From the sequence record ON528723: a stretch of 38,729 nucleotides of DNA; one strand, written 5' to 3'. Positions 36,319 to 38,729 of this stretch are shown here, one piece after another (the stretch's first letter is position 1; every line of letters starts with the position of its first letter). Under the pieces are notes generated by a model that saw only the letters and a program-made list of their open reading frames with translations, made no database searches and was not told the origin of the DNA. The DNA comes from Shigella phage ESh10. Position numbers and translations under genes: made by a program.

Positions 36319-36512
36319 TGATTCTCTTTATCGCACTGGTCTATCTGTGCATCGCAATGTACTTTATGCGAGACTTTAAGCGCGGTCTGGTAATACACAA
36401 GGCAACGCTGAGTTACTTTAAGTGGGGATTCATCCCACGGTTTACGGTTCGTGAACGTAACGGACGCTTTAAGGCCAACAAGGTAGGAGTATTCTACATT
36501 GCTACGCACTAA
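36315..36512 (+). CDS. small early membrane protein (65 aa), hypothetical
   Basis: ATGATGA start/stop overlap with preceding ORF; hydrophobic N-terminus MMILFIALVYLCIAMYF. Confidence 0.5.
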   Translation: MMILFIALVYLCIAMYFMRDFKRGLVIHKATLSYFKWGFIPRFTVRERNGRFKANKVGVFYIATH

Positions 36513-36543
36513 CTCAAAGCACGTAAAGATTGCACTGTATGCG

Positions 36544-36669
36544 ATGGCTTATGGTGCATCGAAACGCAAGGTCAAACGCATCTTAACGAGACACCGCAAG
36601 ATGACCGCACGACAGGCTGCAAGCGCTGTCAAATGGGCTGAATTTACTCTTTACTCTTCTTACAGATAA
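36544..36669 (+). CDS. small basic peptide (41 aa), hypothetical
   Basis: MAYGASKRKVKRILTRHRKMTARQAASAVKWAEFTLYSSYR; no strong SD. Confidence 0.3.
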   Translation: MAYGASKRKVKRILTRHRKMTARQAASAVKWAEFTLYSSYR

Positions 36670-36683
36670 CAGGACACTGAACG

Positions 36684-37793
36684 ATGACTTTCACCGAAGC
36701 ACAAGCCGCACTCGAAGCTATCCGCAACCTACCGATTGAGCGTCTGAACGAGCGCCAGCCCATGCTGGTGGCTCTTGCGGCTGCCATCGTGAACGATGAG
36801 ACCCAAGACGGGCAACTGACGCAGGCAGCAGGAAACACGGCGCTAGAGCACATGGACTACTGGCAGACCCTAGCGGCGCGTATGCGTGATGTTGGTTTCA
36901 TCAAGCTGGGCAATGGTCACTTTAGCGCAGCATATGAGCACGCATTGTTACCGGGCAAGGTCATCAAGGTAGGCTTTAAGAAAGAGGACTCAGGCGCAGC
37001 CTATGCAGCCTTCTGCCGTATGAATCAAGGCCGGGAAGGTATCCCTAAGGTGTATGACATTCAGCGCCATGCTGGTTGTTACACGGTGGTTCTTGATTAT
37101 CTGAATCCGCTTAACTACTGGTGCGATGGTGAGAGTGACAAGATTCGTCACCACTTCAAGGCCGCACGGGAAATCATTGAGGAGGATTGCTTTGATGCTG
37201 CCGAAGAGTACCCAATAAGTGACGGGTTCATTGAGACCTGCAAGGATATCCGCAAGTTCTTCTTAGGCATCGCATCGTTCGACTGCCACAGCGGGAACAT
37301 GATGAAAGACCAGATGGGACGCCTGATTATCACAGACCCGGTATCATTCAGCGCAGACGACAAGTTAAAGCCGGGTGAGTTCCACTGTGACCCGGATGAA
37401 CTCATCGCTGAGATTGAGGCGCTGAGAGCGCAGGAAGCGATTGACCGCTGCAAGGCACGTAAGGCACGCCGTGACCCTAAAGGAGACTTTCAGGTAGCAC
37501 GTAAAGCCCGTGCCAAATGGCGCAGAAAGGCCTCTAAGCGTGAGAAGCGCAACGCTAAGGTACTCGCTAAGATGCGCATGGATGCCAACGAGCAACGTAG
37601 GGCCGAGCCTAGGGCACGTATGTTGTGGGGCGATAAGCACTGGCGCAACGCTTGGGTGCAGCACATGAATGTTGACTTCGCACGGCTAGAACTGTTAGCA
37701 GCCGCACAGATGGCACAGATAGACCACAAGGCTATCGTATGTGGCAAGCCGTTACACATAGACGCATACCTTGACAAGAGACTGCAAGGCTGA
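36684..37793 (+). CDS. 0.7: serine/threonine protein kinase / host transcription shut-off protein
   Basis: 369 aa; T7 gp0.7-like (…LGNGHFSAAY…VIKVGFKKEDSGAAY…FCRM…GIPKVYD…). Confidence 0.9.
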   Translation: MTFTEAQAALEAIRNLPIERLNERQPMLVALAAAIVNDETQDGQLTQAAGNTALEHMDYWQTLAARMRDVGFIKLGNGHFSAAYEHALLPGKVIKVGFKKEDSGAAYAAFCRMNQGREGIPKVYDIQRHAGCYTVVLDYLNPLNYWCDGESDKIRHHFKAAREIIEEDCFDAAEEYPISDGFIETCKDIRKFFLGIASFDCHSGNMMKDQMGRLIITDPVSFSADDKLKPGEFHCDPDELIAEIEALRAQEAIDRCKARKARRDPKGDFQVARKARAKWRRKASKREKRNAKVLAKMRMDANEQRRAEPRARMLWGDKHWRNAWVQHMNVDFARLELLAAAQMAQIDHKAIVCGKPLHIDAYLDKRLQG

Positions 37794-37863
37794 TAGAGTC
37801 TTTTCTTACAGGTCATCATGAGGTGGCCTGAATAGGAACGATTTATCCATAGTGAGGCAAGCA

Positions 37864-38729
37864 ATGAACATCATCGAAACTATCGAAAAGAATGACTTCT
37901 CTGAAATCGAACTGGCTGCTATCCCGTTCAACACGCTGGCAGACCACTACGGCAGCGCACTGGCTCGTGAACAACTGGCTTTAGAGCACGAGTCTTATGA
38001 GTTAGGTGAGCGCCGCTTCCTCAAGATGCTGGAGCGTCAAGCGAAAGCTGGTGAGATTGCAGACAACGCAGCCGCTAAGCCATTACTCGCTACGCTTCTC
38101 CCTAAGTTAACCGCACGCATCGTTGAGTGGCTCGAAGAGTACGCCTCTAAGAAAGGCCGCAAGCCTGTAGCCTATGCACCACTCCAATCACTCAAGCCGG
38201 AGGCGTCCGCGTTTATCACACTCAAGGTCATCCTTGCATCACTGACCAGCACGAACATGACAACCATTCAGGCCGCTGCTGGTATGCTGGGGAAGGCCAT
38301 TGAGGACGAGGCACGTTTCGGTCGCATCCGTGACCTCGAAGCGAATCACTTCAAGAAGCACGTTGAGGAACAGCTTAACAAGCGCCACGGGCAAGTCTAC
38401 AAGAAAGCCTTTATGCAGGTGGTAGAGGCAGACATGATTGGTCGCGGGCTGCTGGGAGGTGAGGCGTGGTCTAGCTGGGACAAGGAAACCACGATGCACG
38501 TAGGGATTCGCCTGATTGAAATGCTGATTGAATCCACAGGTCTGGTGGAATTACAGCGCCACAACGCAGGTAACGCAGGCTCTGACCATGAGGCACTGCA
38601 ACTGGCACAAGAGTACGTCGATGTGTTAGCGAAGCGTGCAGGCGCTCTGGCGGGTATCTCTCCGATGTTCCAGCCGTGTGTCGTACCGCCGAAACCTTGG
38701 GTATCAATCACAGGTGGCGGCTATTGGGC
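37864..38729 (+). CDS. 1: T3-type DNA-directed RNA polymerase, N-terminal 288 codons (3'-partial; continues at position 1)
   Basis: MNIIETIEKNDFSEIELAAIPFNTLADHYG… recognised as T3/T7 RNAP N-terminus; frame continues exactly into 1..1789. Confidence 0.95.
   Translation, partial: MNIIETIEKNDFSEIELAAIPFNTLADHYGSALAREQLALEHESYELGERRFLKMLERQAKAGEIADNAAAKPLLATLLPKLTARIVEWLEEYASKKGRKPVAYAPLQSLKPEASAFITLKVILASLTSTNMTTIQAAAGMLGKAIEDEARFGRIRDLEANHFKKHVEEQLNKRHGQVYKKAFMQVVEADMIGRGLLGGEAWSSWDKETTMHVGIRLIEMLIESTGLVELQRHNAGNAGSDHEALQLAQEYVDVLAKRAGALAGISPMFQPCVVPPKPWVSITGGGYW

Noticed and set aside
36644-36853. 69-aa minus-strand ORF overlapping the start of gene 0.7
   Set aside because: Antisense to the kinase gene, Cys/Ser/Ala-rich shadow translation, no promoter.

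Overview
This window is a complete, circularly permuted genome of a T3-like virulent podophage (T7 supergroup, Autographiviridae), read entirely on the + strand. It starts inside gene 1 (phage RNA polymerase) and ends in the 5' part of the same gene: 37864..38729 plus 1..1789 give 2655 nt = 884 codons plus stop, so the window ends abut in frame. The order is the canonical T7/T3 map: RNAP C-terminus, class II genes 1.05-6.7 (ligase, ssDNA-binding protein, endonuclease I, lysozyme, primase-helicase, DNA polymerase, exonuclease), class III genes 7.3-19.5 (portal, scaffold, capsid, tail tube, internal core proteins, tail fibre, holin, spanins, terminase), then the terminal-repeat and CCTAAAG-heptamer region, host sigma70 early promoters, and early genes 0.3-0.7. 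I found 15 copies of the T3-type phage promoter (ATTAACCCTCACTAAAGGGAGA-like), about 9 RNase III-type processing hairpins and the T-phi terminator. There are no tRNAs, CRISPR arrays, integrase or transposase. The most unusual element is a 174-aa ORF directly after the tail-fibre gene whose C-terminus carries the tail-fibre-assembly (Tfa) chaperone motif; together with the long tail-fibre gene it looks like an acquired receptor-binding cassette. Other points worth a second look are a candidate -1 frameshift extension of the capsid gene, nested genes (4.2 in 4, Rz1 in Rz), a 21-bp tandem repeat in the fibre shaft, and a block of small early ORFs of unknown function. All homology statements rest on recognition of the translated ORFs and motifs from memory; no searches were run.
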